Below are positions 26,717 to 39,851 of a stretch of 64,000 nucleotides of DNA, one piece after another. The number at the start of each line of letters is the position of its first letter. The first letter of the stretch is position 1. The notes under the pieces were generated by a model. It searched no databases, had not been told where the DNA came from, and was given only the letters and a program-made list of their open reading frames with translations. Source of the DNA: Amoeboaphelidium protococcarum X5 (Eukaryota > Fungi > Aphelidiomycota). The stretch covers positions 372,001 through 436,000 of the forward strand of contig JALDTO010000142.1 in the NCBI GenBank assembly GCA_023515725.1, given 5' to 3'. A program made the translations under genes and the position numbers.

Positions 26717-27496
26717 ACATTACATTGAAATAATGTGGTTAGTTATTACGCGTTTATTTAATTTAGTTGTTTGATTTCTTGACACCTCATGCACTATTAT
26801 ACGTAATGCATGGGCTCTAATATAATCAATTCATCTTGGTATGTGATAACATCGCGTCAACTCGGTGAATGAACATAAAATCAAAAGCACCGATTGACAA
26901 AATACCTTGATGAAGAAAAGAGAAGTGTTCAAGTCTTATCACTTTTTATTCGTATTGGGGAAGAAATTTGGATATATATTGCTATATTCCCGTGTCATTT
27001 CTATATTGAAATGGCAACTTTACACATTGAGAGTATACAATTGAAATATACTGTATATCAAAGGTGATATCAAAAAGTTCAACAAGCGGAAAGCATTAAA
27101 ATGTAGCATATGAGCAACAATATTCATGTAAATCTTACTAAACGAAAAAATGTACGGATTTATCCACACAGCAATAAAACTGACAATTTTATTGGAGCTC
27201 TATTGAATCCGGTCCATCTAAGAAGCATATGGAAATTAATGGCCACGGTGATATGCCACTATTTTCGAGAGCTTCTACTTTGCAATTAAAGAGAAGAGAA
27301 GAGAGATGCTGAAGATTTCGCAGTTTCGGTTGATCGACGCGTCTATTTGAGGCTCTCTTATCACTTTTAGACGCCAAACCGTCGCATACAACGAATTGAT
27401 TATTCTCAAATACTCAACTCATCAGAGATTGAAACGCGTATAATAAAATGGCCTGCTTGATAAAGGAAAAAGAGAAGAATATAAAGTAGTGTGAAA

Positions 27497-29429
27497 TCAG
27501 CCAGTGTTATTGGAAGATACAACCTCTTCACTCTACTGACCGCTAACAGCTGCAACTTTGTCAGAAGGACCATCAGCAGCAGAAGAAACACCATTGCCGC
27601 CCAGAGACTTACCACTTGCAGATTCACCTTCAATCTTCTGATCCGATTCCGTAGATGGCTTAAAAGTTCTACGCTGAGACTTTGGAAGAACCCACATTTA
27701 CCAATCTTCAACTCGTCTAACGCGTCCATCAACAACTTCAATCAACGGGCTTAGTTTGATAGTCTACACACATGATATAGTATAATTATAGTTAGTACTC
27801 TTTACCAAAAATGGAGAGTGCAATGTCGTTGGCCAGGTATAAAGTCATTGAAAATCCTGATATTCTCATTAAATCAGAATCATCACATTGATTCAGAGAG
27901 ATTCCCATCTGATACGATTAAAATCATTGAATATCAGGACCCGACAATTACTAACACCTGACCAAATACGACATCAACACTCTCCACAACTAAAATTAAA
28001 TTCTTACCTCAGTTATCAAAGCGACATCAGACGTGACATTCTTCATTCTAGGGAAGGAAGCAATGACATCAATAGACACAAAGCCTTAATCATCCATAAA
28101 GGATCTAAAGTACGTGTCATGGATCAGATTCTCGATACTGAAATAGTACTCAACCTGACGAATGACAAAGTGTCTGATCGAGTCCATCTCCATGGCAGAT
28201 TGCACATAAGCATAATATGCCTGAGGATTACCATACGGGTACGCATAATTAGCTCCATAAGGTCCTGGCATCATCGCCTGAGGACCACCAGCACCAGGTT
28301 GACCTATAAATGGTTGCTGTTGTTAACCTTGTTGCATCATTTGTTGCTACTGAGCCACCGGAGGATATCCACTACCGTTGCTGTAGTATCTTGGCTGACC
28401 ACTATTGTAGCCGCGGCCGCCACCTCTACCGCGACCACCTCGCCCTCTGTAGTAACCACCAGCATTGCTGTTGTTATAATAGCCACCAGAAGATTGACTA
28501 TGAGTACTTCCACTCTAGTACCCATTACCGTGATATCCAGCGTATCCAGAGGCAGACGACACTGCGCGATCAGACTTTTGAGCAGGCGACACTCTGGCAG
28601 GTTGAGATGATCTCTAATCAGGCGAAGACGAAGGACTCAGCTACTACTATGAGCGCTCAGTTGACGCGTTTCCACTGCCATTGCCATCTGCAGCAGAAGC
28701 TAAAGATTACTGACCATCATTACCCGCCTAAGAGTCGGCCAATTAGATATCGCCCACTTTGGAGGCAATTTCATCACTCTTCTTCATATCAACAGTAGAT
28801 TAGTCGAGCTAAGACTATCCACTTTAATCTTTAGCCTCACTCAGCTCAGATGAGGATAAAGAATTTTACAACTTTTCTGAGTTAGACGCGCCACCTGATG
28901 TTTGCCCCTGTTACTACTACTACTATGACTACTACGACGGCTATTGTGGAATCTTCAATTTTCTCTCTGCCCACACGTTAACAGCAGGAGTAACCGCAGG
29001 CTTTTGTTAATCAGATAAGTTAGATTTTGGTGTAGTATCTTTGACTTATTATTAAGATGCAGAACCTTGATCTTCATCGCCACCGGATTTTCGCGATTTC
29101 TAACTCTCGACGGGAGCGGATCTATGTGACTAGAGATCAGGAGATTTATTACTACTATTCGCATTTCTACCAGCTAATTTAGAATTGGCACTCTAACCAG
29201 CATTTTACGACGTGTTCTTACTCTTTAACAAATCTGCAAAACTCATCTTCTTTAATGGGGCGGCAGATGCCTCTTTCAGTGTCGTCGAACCAGTCTCATT
29301 AGTACTCTACTATGGTGATTTAGCAGTATTCGATGTCAAAGTATCCGACTCTTTCAAGACCTTCTTTTTATCAGAATGAACAATATTACTATCCATCTGC
29401 ATAGGATCTCTAACTTCGTCAGTTGTCAT
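27497..29429 (-). CDS. La-motif RNA-binding protein (LARP1/Sro9/Slf1-like), intron 27764-28007
   Basis: IRQVEYYFSIENLIHDTYFRSFMDDQGFVSIDVIASFPRMKNV|TIKLSPLIEVVDGRVRRVEDWQMWVLP; low-complexity RGG- and Q-rich N-terminus. Confidence 0.88.
27855..27939 (-). ncRNA. Intronic box C/D snoRNA, U79/SNORD79-like
   Basis: 11-bp terminal stem TCCTGATATTC/GAATATCAGGA; guide TGGGAATCTC + T + D' box CTGA, antisense to LSU rRNA GAGAUUCCCA; C' box GTGATGA; lies in the only long intron. Confidence 0.85.
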
Positions 29430-30465
29430 TTATTATGTTCGAGCGTGTTCAATAGAGATTCAAAATAGTAATGTTAACAATGTCTTCGAGAACTATTCAG
29501 TCAATCAGTAGTAGCGATATTACGGGTATTCACAAAATGAAGGCTTTCAGTAATACAGCAGTAATGTATATGAAGCGCGTCTACACAGAAGGTAAGCAGT
29601 ATACAGCGGGACTATAAAGGATAAAGCTTATATAAATTCACACACACACCAGAGTGATGACTGATAATCGCGAAGGAAGAATCAAGGCGGGCCAGCTGGC
29701 GAAGAAAATTCAATTTCGGTTGGGTTCGAATCACTCGGCCCGCGTACTCCGATCACATGCCTTCAGATAACGACTGCGATTCGCGGGATGTAATTCGGAT
29801 TAATACTGACTCTGTTTTAGGATTATACAAGAATTAAGGGACTGTCTTTCAATTGCAGCTGTACCTAATTTTTGTAGAGTTATCTTTTTCTATCGAGTAC
29901 GACTTATTGTCATGATGGAATTGTCACTTTCGAATACGCGAAGACTTGTTTCGTTACATTCAGCCTATCATTGCCTTCCATCAAACTTTCAACAGACTTT
30001 TTTCAATACATATCTAATTTAACAATATCATTTCGATTCTGAAGATCATATAAAAGTTCTCGCGTTGAAGTTGTTAATTTAAAAGGCCAACTTAATGGAG
30101 GTTAGTGGCGTGAAAAGGTTCTTGATGAATGTGAAACAAACATAATAGAATGCAAATATGCTTGCTAGTAAATAAACCAACACAAATTTTGTGATTATTC
30201 AACTTTAATCATTTGGGCAGATCTTTCAGAATTCTGAAAACCAATCAATCAATGTTATGCTTTGTGTGGAGTGATGCGCGCCTCTCCGAAGTTCAAGTGC
30301 CATCATAATTATTTCTTCAACGGCCTTCTTCTTATTTGATCATCACTCCTCTCCTCTACTTTCTGGGTAGAATTTCCCGAATTTTAAAAGAAAAAAGCCT
30401 CTGAAACAAATCCCATCACGGCTTCGAATACAAAGTATAAATTATTACCTTAATCCACTGATTAA

Positions 30466-31162
30466 ATGGATTAGGATTAGTAAAAGCAGAAGAGGGATGA
30501 GGAGGTTGCTGCTGATGGAAAGCCACAGGTGCCGGCGGTAGATGGTACCAATTCACAGAAGGCTGGTGATGACGCAGACGTTGTCAAGTCCAATGTGGAG
30601 GCTGCACAGACTTCTGAGAGCACTACAGTGACGCCTGCAGATAAGATTAATCTACGGCTCTTGCTTACTAGTGGATAAAAGGCTGATTTTTTGTTCAGTG
30701 CTCAAGACTCAATATTGTATGTGAAGAATTTCATATTTGAACATTGGCCAAAAGGTATGTTACTAATCCGTATCCTTTAAATATTTATCATCACACTGCA
30801 ATAACATCTATTTGAATTATGTAGACTGGTCGTCTAGTTAGGTGGAAAATGTTGATGTAATAAGGATTCTGTATCGAGGAAGATTTCTGGAAGATAATTT
30901 GACATTTGAAAGTAGGCCTCTCGAATTGATTTATTATTGTTCGATATCTCTTTATTACATTGTAATAATGAATTGTAGACTTGAAAATTGCATCTGGACA
31001 GACTACTACTATGCATTTAGTGCCAAAGCCTACTGTTGTTTAGTCTGGAAAAGGTGAGTTTTTGTTACATTCTTAAAGTCAAACAATCAGTCATTTATTC
31101 ATATTCGTGTCGATTGTACTGTAGAGGATAAACGTGCTGGATGTAAATGCATTTGCTGTTGA
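30466..31162 (+). CDS. UBL3: Membrane-anchored ubiquitin-fold protein (UBL3/MUB); introns 30755-30824, 30912-30978, 31054-31124
   Basis: PADKINLRLLLTSGQKADFLF...FEHWPKDW...IRILYRGRFLEDN...TTTMHLV; C-terminal GCKCICC lipidation motif. Confidence 0.9.
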
Positions 31163-31621
31163 ATTGTTTCTAATCGTTTCGCAATAAAAATTATTTAAAA
31201 CGATTTGGCATTTTCTATTTGTGTTGAAGGTGTTGCATTATTATGACTTCTTTCTCTAATACGGTGTATCTACTATCTTATTCACTTCTGACGAGTACAG
31301 TGATGCTCAGAATATTTTAAAACTGGCTCATTAGGATCACGGTCCATTTTTCTCAGCTGGTATCGCCTTTTCGTTAGTGTGAAACGCGTCTTAAAACGTT
31401 CTATGAAATACTTCTAACAAAATTACTCGGCTGCATTTGATTACGCTGCTGTCATTTAAATCGTTGAGCTGCGACATGCGGAATGCTTTATATGGAATAC
31501 TTTTACGGTTAACCGTCAATCAATAAAAGATAAATATAATGAGAGTAAGCGTCTATGCTTCTTTGTCGCGCCGCGTGTTAGACTTTGAAACAACGATCAG
31601 ATTACAGGCGAACGGCTAACG

Positions 31622-32672
31622 ATGAAAAGCAAGCAAATATTAAATGGTGGTGAATATGGCTTATAGATTAGACAATCCGAAGATAAATTCGCCAAGTTGG
31701 CCATATTGTCTTCCCTAGATAATGTTATCATCTTAGACAGTGATTAACTGAGCGAATAGACGCGTATAATGGCATCTGACTGCTCTGTACCCTTTGTTGA
31801 TCTCTCATATTTGGACAATAACAATCTGCTTATATGCGGCAACCAGAACCTGTAATTATATGATTGCGTGTCTGGTGAAATTAAATAGCTTACTGGTAAT
31901 CTATCTTAGCTTCATTTGTATTTAATATCTAATGACATTGTATGATGTAGATTCCGAAACTACAGTCGCGCCTTTTACTGCCTGTCGTGCAAATGCGCGC
32001 TTCGTCTGTGCTGGTACTGAATACCAAAACTATGAAGCACATGTCTTCATATGGGACACGTTGAATCTAACTGATAATCCAAAGTATAAACTGTCGGAAA
32101 GCTTTGGTAATGATATCAGCTGTCTTCGATTTCATCCCTATTAGGATAGTCTGTTGTATGTGTCTACAACTGATGGATTGATTTCCGTTATTGATATTAA
32201 TCAACTTTCATCATAAACGCCTGGCGTAGATGGAGAGTATGACAACGGTGAGGGAGATGCTCTAGTATAAACACTTAATGTGGGTAGTAGCGTGGCCAAA
32301 TTTGAATTCTTTGGATAAAATGCGGAATTCCTGTGGGTAATCACAGACATGAATTCGCTATAAATATGGTGTGGGAAAACGTGCCAATTATTTGCTGATC
32401 ATTGCTTTGAAAATGGAGTGTGGCCATTGACTTGCATTTTTATCCCATAGTTTGGAATGCTCTTTTGCTTAGCCACGAGTGACAAAGAAGGTTAAGTTTT
32501 GATATTTAAAGTCCTCCTAGATCAGATACCTCAAGTTGCAGAGTTTTCAATCAGCTCAACCTCTTCCATACGTAATATATTGTGGTGTGAGAATCAGAAC
32601 GCCATGATAAGCATAACTGAAGATGGCCATATAAGTAAAAGTCTCGTTAATTTTAAGAATAGTGCTCAATGA
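31622..32672 (+). CDS. WD40 protein, WDR89-like, intron 31896-31950
   Basis: CAGTE...AHVFIWD...SESFGNDISCLRFHP..LLYVSTTDGLISVIDI...TLNVGSSVAKF. Confidence 0.75.
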
Positions 32673-32692
32673 TTAAATATATATATATAGAA

Positions 32693-33385
32693 TCATAGAT
32701 ATTTCCACTTCAACTTCAAATTACTTACCGCTGATATAACGCCGAGAAGAGCAACTAATTTAGGAGGTAATGGATACGATTCCAGAGACCAGTGAATAGC
32801 CATTGGAAGATCTGCACATGAAGTTATTAAACGAAGCTTTAAATCTTCCATTTCTCCGCTCAATTTTAACACATCTTTATCCTCAGACTTTTCAGACTTC
32901 TTAGCGTTGAGCATCTAATTAAGGCTCACCATCTATTTCACAATGGTGTACAAATCTAATACGATATACACACCCCAAGCTTGACAACTTCGTCTGGACC
33001 ATACATCGGGATTGTTCACCTGCAAAATCTTATGTATTCCTAACCAGTAGATATGCTCACATGGATAATACACCAACATTGACAGTACTTGAAGATGCTA
33101 AACTAAATCTTCAATGTTTTTCGCCTAAAGTTTAGTCTCACCATTGAGATAACTCTTAATAATAGGTACGTAATAAGAGAGACCAAAAAGTCTAAGAACC
33201 ATCCTAGTATCTGAAAATGAGGTGACCAGATTAGATAGTCGATTAGCAAGTGACCAGTCTCCCTGCTCTTTAGAATTCAATGCAATCAACTTTGCTGCAT
33301 ACACTATAATTTTATAAATCTTGTCGATTCCCACCACTTGACTTGAAAGGGAGTTGAATTTACTGATGGAATCTAGAGCTGACAT
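32693..33385 (-). CDS. PEX11: Peroxisomal biogenesis factor PEX11 family
   Basis: GIDKIYKIIVYAAKL..SDTRMVLRLFGL..YYPCEHIYWL..WSRRSCQAW..ADLPMAIHWS..LGVISA. Confidence 0.85.
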
Positions 33386-33666
33386 TATCTATACAGCGTT
33401 CTACAAAATAATGAGTTGTTGGACAGACTTGATAAAGAGAGAGAAAAGAAATAATGAAATTCGCCTTCAAGATCTCCATTAAGCGCTCCAGTTAGAAACA
33501 CGGCCTGAAACAATCCGAGGTGCGATAGATGGATGATGTATCCCAGTCAACCAATCAGATGCCAAGCTTAATTAATCATTGTAAAGCGTGGCAGCGATAT
33601 GATTTCTTATTCTCCATCATCAAATTTAAAGGCTTGCTAATTAACTATTATATTAAAAGCTAAAAG

Positions 33667-34848
33667 ATGAGAGTATTTGGTCAGCAAGTGAATAATCGGG
33701 ATCATCTTGAGGACTTTGAAGATGAGGAAATTGCATCTTACGAGAGGATTGCAGGTGAGAATGAGCCGCTGCTTCCTCTTTAAAATCAAAATATTGATTA
33801 ATCATTAACATCCAATAAGTATAAAAAAGCAAAGAAATGTTTTGTGATATCATTGTCCGTAATTTTGGCAATCATGATGATGCTAGCATTGGCTGGTGCA
33901 TTCTTGTACAGCTACTATCTGCCGCGTTTGATATAGGAAAAGATGTCTGAAGCTTCGAATCCACGCGTCCGCAATGTTTCCATTATGTCGATCACTGATG
34001 ATGGATTCTCGGCTGAAACGTCTTTGCAATTGAGAATGGATGATCCAAATTTGAAGTTCGTCAATCCTTAAATTGAAATTGGTAAGGCGTCATGGAGTGT
34101 TGAGTATCTACAAGCATTAAAGATGGAATCAAACTAACAAATGATGAACGTGCAGATTCCTAATATGAACTTTATTGCCATGGATCCTCTTAATCTGACA
34201 CTTTAGCTGACAGCCTCTGATATCAACTCTGCTCTTTTAAATCAGATGCTAATGCTTCCATAAGCGGATGGTATATAGAGCGACATGGTGTAGCTATCTG
34301 GATCTCCTCGCGTTTCTTTATTTGATTCTCGAGTATCGTGGAAATCCATTGATTTGGAGACAATCTACACCATTGATCAATCTGGGATGGGTTTTGACAT
34401 TGAAGATCTCAATCTGAGAGTGGAAATGCCAGAGAAGTTGAGCTGGTTAAAGTTGTTTCAATCGCGTCCAAAATCGCCACTAAAAGTCACCTTTGATCTT
34501 CCTGTAAATTTGCATTTTGATCAACTTGCCTACTTGGAATGTGATCTTCTATATGAGGCTGTTTAAATTGGTAACATTTCTGTCAGTGATATCAAAATAT
34601 CTGGAATGCTCAATAACACAGTTAGCACGCTGCTGGAATTGGATCTTACTAACGCGGAGGCTGAGAAGAAAATAGGACTTCTAGCCTATCGTTACTACCA
34701 AAACCAGGAGGTGGCTGTGACAATTCAAAATATTGTCGTCAAATCAACGTCATCGCGGAAGGCTGTCAAGTGGATGGATGAAATTCTTAAGGGCGTTTCT
34801 TTCAATGTCAGTCTTCCTAAACAAGATTCTAGTGTGACATTTTTTTGA
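33667..34848 (+). CDS. Type II single-pass membrane protein (possibly Tag1/DUF3712-like)
   Basis: Acidic dileucine-like ENEPLL, TM LSVILAIMMMLALAGAFLYSYYL, beta-rich lumenal region; start uncertain. Confidence 0.55.
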
Positions 34849-35331
34849 TGAATGAAATCTGTAGTACATTGTACCTGTCTTGGTCTCATAAGTGTTTTTC
34901 ATCTGTGAATGTGATTAAATACACAAATTCTTTTTCTGTCTTTCAGTTGAATATCATAGGCTCCTAAACAGTTTATAAAAGGCTTTAAAGGGCATACAAT
35001 TGATACATAGTTCAAACTCATAATATGATAGAGAAACGGTGGAAATTTTGGGATAACGCGTCAATTTAGTAAATGGCATGAGATGGTGCGAAACGCCAAC
35101 GCTGCGGTGAAACCGAATCAGAAACGAACGCGTGGCGTCTCGGCCGTAACCTAACGAAAGAGGCGCAACCTTAGCTAGATGAAAATCGGAGTAATTCGGA
35201 GCATTTTCTCTTTCCCAAACTTATTCATTCATTTGGAGAAGATTTGCTGAAGTTAATTGCTCGTTCAAGAATCTCTGTTCCTTAGGTCTATTAGTGCTCT
35301 TTTATCTCTCTTTCGGTTATCTATATCAAAT

Positions 35332-35679
35332 ATGTCAAAGTTATTCATTGGTGGTCTGGCTTGGGCCACGGACAACGATTCTCTGCGTGCTGCTTTCGAG
35401 AAGTTTGGTCAAATTGATGATGCTATCGTTATCAAGGACCGTGAAAGTGGTCGCAGCAAGGGCTTTGGCTTCGTCACCTTCTCCTCTGAGGAATCTGCTT
35501 CTGCTGCCATCAACGAGATGAACGACCAGGAGCTGGATGGTCGCAGAATCCGTGTTGACCGTGCTGGTGACCGTCCTCCTCGTCAGGATCGCGGTGGCTT
35601 CAACAGCCGTGGTGGTTACGGTGGTAATGACCGTGGTTATGGCGGAAACGACCGTGGTTATGGTGGAAACCGTTACTGA
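35332..35679 (+). CDS. Glycine-rich RRM RNA-binding protein
   Basis: KLFIGGL (RNP2), KGFGFVTF (RNP1), RGYGGND repeats. Confidence 0.95.
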   Translation: MSKLFIGGLAWATDNDSLRAAFEKFGQIDDAIVIKDRESGRSKGFGFVTFSSEESASAAINEMNDQELDGRRIRVDRAGDRPPRQDRGGFNSRGGYGGNDRGYGGNDRGYGGNRY

Positions 35680-36084
35680 GTGCTCGGCAGTGGTTGCTCC
35701 AGATCTTTATGATCTTATAAATTGAGGGTTGAAATACATTTTTAAATGGCGTATATTTCTATTATTTTTTTTTGCTTAGTTTTCTACCTATATGATGAAA
35801 GTCGCTATTAGAGTGGCTGGCTCATTGAAGGCAAACGAATTTACGGTTCATCACATCACGCTGATGAATACGGGGCCGTGGAACTTCTCGATGAGTACGG
35901 GGCCATTTCGAATATCGTATGCTTTTCAAAAAAGTCAGAAGCTCTCTATTATTTTTGAGGTTCGATGTTCCACTATAGAGTCTTAATTCTGTTCAATGAT
36001 GACTAGACTACCGACCGATCCGCATATCAAACCATCTAATCACTCTGCTTCCTTTCTCACTATAAATGATGAAATTAAACTACA

Positions 36085-37614
36085 ATGCCGAATTTGAATT
36101 TAATCGTCAAGTTATAACATTATCTATAGTCCTTATAACCGTAGCCACTAGACTTGATTTATGAGCTGGAGGAGAAGAAATGGGAGGCGTTTGGACGATG
36201 GATGGCGATGTCTAGAAGTGAATGGCTCGCCCATAACGAATAACATGGGCATGATATCTTCCTTTACCTCGTGCAGTCAAGTAATAAGATGCTGTTGACT
36301 GTCCACGATGTAATAAATCTTCCTTTCAATGAATGTCGCGTTAGTACGTAGAGGAGTGGATGCGTTAGCTAATAATATTATCCTGGACTATCATCGAAAC
36401 TTGAATTGCGTGTCTGGCCCGACTTTGATCAATGTGTTCTGGACTTTATTGCTCAGGTCCCTGATTTACAACTATCCAGCGAAATTTCATTGCCATAGCA
36501 GAAGCAAGTGGGTGATGAGTCTCAGGTCTTAGCTTAATTTGATGGAATGATACTTGATGCAGTGTCTGAATGCTGCCGATCGCTCTCTGTTAACCAATCT
36601 TACGCGTATTTCGGAGCGAATTGCGGATTTTCATCTGCACTTGGTTGTGCGGTAATGGCTGATCCCGACCGTATTTGGATATCTGACTAAGAGTAGAAAT
36701 GTCTCGCCAAACTTACCATTGAGCTGAAAACTCCATGGTCTTTCGAAAGTCTCGATGAATTGATACCAATGTATGAGTAAGAGTATATTAAGTTGGAGGC
36801 TAAAAAGGTTGAAAGTTACCATTCCGCTGAAAACATCAAGAGAGGTAAGACTATAAGAGCGGTTGAGCAGATTTATGGTTACATGACTTTGAACTGCCAC
36901 CGCTATGGTGTACTAACGACATTTAATGAGACTGTGTTCTTTCGCAAGACTGAAGCTCCGTAACAAGAAGGACATTCGGTGTTGGAGTGCTCACCAGTCG
37001 TGAAATGCTCTTAAATTAAACCGTACACTCTGATAGCGGCTTGGATCTACTTATTGTCTTTAATAGAAAGACCTGGTGACTAATGCATGTTCACTCCTCC
37101 GCGTACTAGTACCACTTTGCTTAAATACACCCCTCTCCCTTTAGATGATGAATGCCATTGGACTAATATTATTTCACGCGGAAATATTGGCGTCGTGGCT
37201 GTCGGAAATTTCGCAAGTAAGGAAGGAGTTGTTTTTAAGACTGCGGATTTGTCAAAGTGGCCAGATGCATTAGATGCATTTAATCATGAAGTTGAGGTGT
37301 ACAAAGCTCTGGAGTCTTTGTAAGGCTCTGTGATTCCTAAATTTATAGCGTACGGTACTTTGTAAGGTGCGATGTAGGTAATTGTATTGGAAAATGTTGG
37401 GCCGACAATGACAGCTGAATAATACGAATAACGCAAAGAAGAGGTGAATGAGGCTTTGGATAAAATCCATGCTTTGGGTTATGAGCACGGTAATGTTAGA
37501 TTACGGAATTTGACCATTGACAGCAGCGATCGCGTTCGCATCATTGATTTTGAACGTGCTGTTAAAAAGGCTGACGGTTAAATAAGTGAGCGGCTCGCCT
37601 TTGAACTCTCTTGA
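36085..37614 (+). CDS. Header + PD-(D/E)xK nuclease + (pseudo)kinase protein (509 aa)
   Basis: ADPDRIW...TIELKTPW...AVEQIYGYMTLNCHRYGVLTTFNETVFF, then VFKTAD, HEVEVYKALESLQGSVIPK, HGNVRLRN, IIDF. Confidence 0.8.
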
Positions 37615-37688
37615 TGAACTGAATTAAATTGGCTTAATATGGATTGAAATAATACAGTGATCAAGCTTCTGCAGTTAACCAAATTTAT

Positions 37689-39263
37689 TCAACCACCGTT
37701 TACCAGTTAAGCCAACTCAGCTGATAACTCTTTCAGGCCAGCATTCTTCAACAATTTAACGAGATTCTCGGTTTTCAACTTCATTCTCACATCAAATGTA
37801 GGAACTTTCTGATGCAGAGCCAGTTTGCACTAATTGATAAGAACCATTTCTCTCAGCTATTTCTTTGATATAATACGCGCAAGGTCAGAGCCATCATTTA
37901 GACAGACAATCGCATTCTACTCCTAATCAACCAACTCAAGTTCATCCAAAGCCATTTGCTGATATTGAACCAAAGACTTCAATGAACAAGGCTGACTGTA
38001 AGCAAAGTTAATAATACATTAAGCAGCAGAGTCATGTAGATTATGAAGAGAATAGAAATCATACATCGGCAACCACTCCTATTTATCTTTCAGATACTTT
38101 AAAAACTGAATTTCCAGACCAGCACTAGCAAAGTTGAACTGAACCATCTCTTAGTCACGTTCCTCCTTCAGCATCAACTTGACAAGTTTCTTCATATGAG
38201 CAATCTTTACCGATCTATCTTGCAACTGGCATAAAGAATTAAATGCAACAGAGAATTAACGCAGCTTGATATCAAGTGTAAACATAAGACTGTAAATCAT
38301 ATCCAAATCTTTACTCTGCACTTGTTCAGCGTCCCTCAGAGCACATTACAGAGCATAGTCGGCACAAGAACATAATGATTGTAATTACTACTAATCAGTT
38401 ACCGAAGATTCCAACTCAACAATCTTCTGCTGCACGAATACATGCTCTTTATCTGGCAACTCACGTCCATTCAGAAAAGTCAACACCCTTTTCAATGCAT
38501 CGCCGCCACTTTGAGTGGCTTATTACTCCTCAGTATTATCATTATTATTTTACGTGCAATTCTGATAATAATGCTAAGAGAATAGTACAATCTGCTAATC
38601 CAAGTCTTCAGGCATAAACTTTAACATGGCCAGAGGATGACATAATCTGTCATTATCTGCCAGAGATAAAAGTCTTTAGTCTTTCAACTCTACAGATAAT
38701 ACACACAATAAGTATTGCAATTTCACCTTCTGCAGACGCGATAAAACATCCACTTATAAAGCAACAGCTACAGATTGACTGACTCTATCTGACTTTAAAG
38801 CATATATATAAACGGCATAATAAAACTTGACTAAACCAAATAGATGTGTTAAAATTGCTCTACCGCCAGTAGTAGCATTATTAGCATCATTCATATTAAG
38901 CGCGGTAACATTATCAAGACCATTGCCAACATCAACGACAACTGAAGTGCCTATAAGAGTGAGCAAGTACTCCGTCATGGCATCATACAAGAACGTTTCC
39001 ACCTGATCACTTAAGAATGAGAGTCCATACTGATCATCAAGCTATGCAGCCATGTCAAACTTCTTTTCCAACCCCTAAAGATGACTCTGCACAGACTACA
39101 TATCCAAATAGTCTATCCACTCTGCAGCATGAATTTACAGCAACTCAGACACCAACCTATACTATCCACTCAGCAATTCATCCAGAACACTCTCAAAGAA
39201 CACCACAAATGAGTCAAATGTATTCAATATCCGATCTCTAATTAAATCTGTAAGTTGATCCAT
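37689..39263 (-). CDS. Alpha-helical protein (524 aa) resembling the Nup160/Nup120 C-terminal solenoid
   Basis: MFTLDIKLRQFSVAFNSL..QDRSVKIAHMKKLVKLM...FNFA...MYDFY..HNLHDSAAQ...LELVDQEQNAIV..IISKKQLRE; ORF is solid, family call is from memory. Confidence 0.5.
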
Positions 39264-39851
39264 AAAGTATTTATTATCAGAGGTGATAACCAACACTCAA
39301 AACTGAAAAAAGTGATTAATAACTAGATTTAGGACTATTGGCTATAAATTTGTACCAAGTCAATCTTCTAAAGATTTCGCTAAGGAAAGAGAAACGAGTA
39401 ACTGGGAAACTTACAAAGTTAAAGAGACTTAATCTCTGACTAAAGATATCATCGCGCGTTCAGAATAATTTTTTATTCTTCCCTCACCATATATCTCTTT
39501 TCACCTACTATGAAGCTTACGTACAATAACTGAAGTAGATAGTCATGTAGATGATACCCTCATCGCTCTCAATCCTTCTATCTCTTCTCTCTCTCTATGT
39601 ATATATCGCCCTTCCCGTTTTAAAACACTTTGAACTTCAGTGTGTTCTTCTTACGGCGCGTGTTTCTTCTTTCGCCATCCCGTTTCTCTCACGCCCTTCT
39701 CGTTTCCTCGTTCAAATCTCGTCGTAGTTACACTTGTTGCATTCACATAAAGTTATACAAGGCTAATCTTCCACTTTGTCAACTTCTATCACTGGACAGT
39801 TCCCGTCTTTTACTAATACAAACTTAGAGGCATCAAGTGGTAATAGGAGTA

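Noticed and set aside
29687-29743. tRNA-like element (GCGGGCC...GGTTCGAATC...GGCCCGC)
   Set aside because: Only about 57 nt, the T-stem does not pair and there is no anticodon arm; probably GC-rich promoter sequence.
29788-30042. 84-codon table-6 ORF between LARP and UBL3
   Set aside because: No recognisable motif; this length is expected by chance with a single stop codon.
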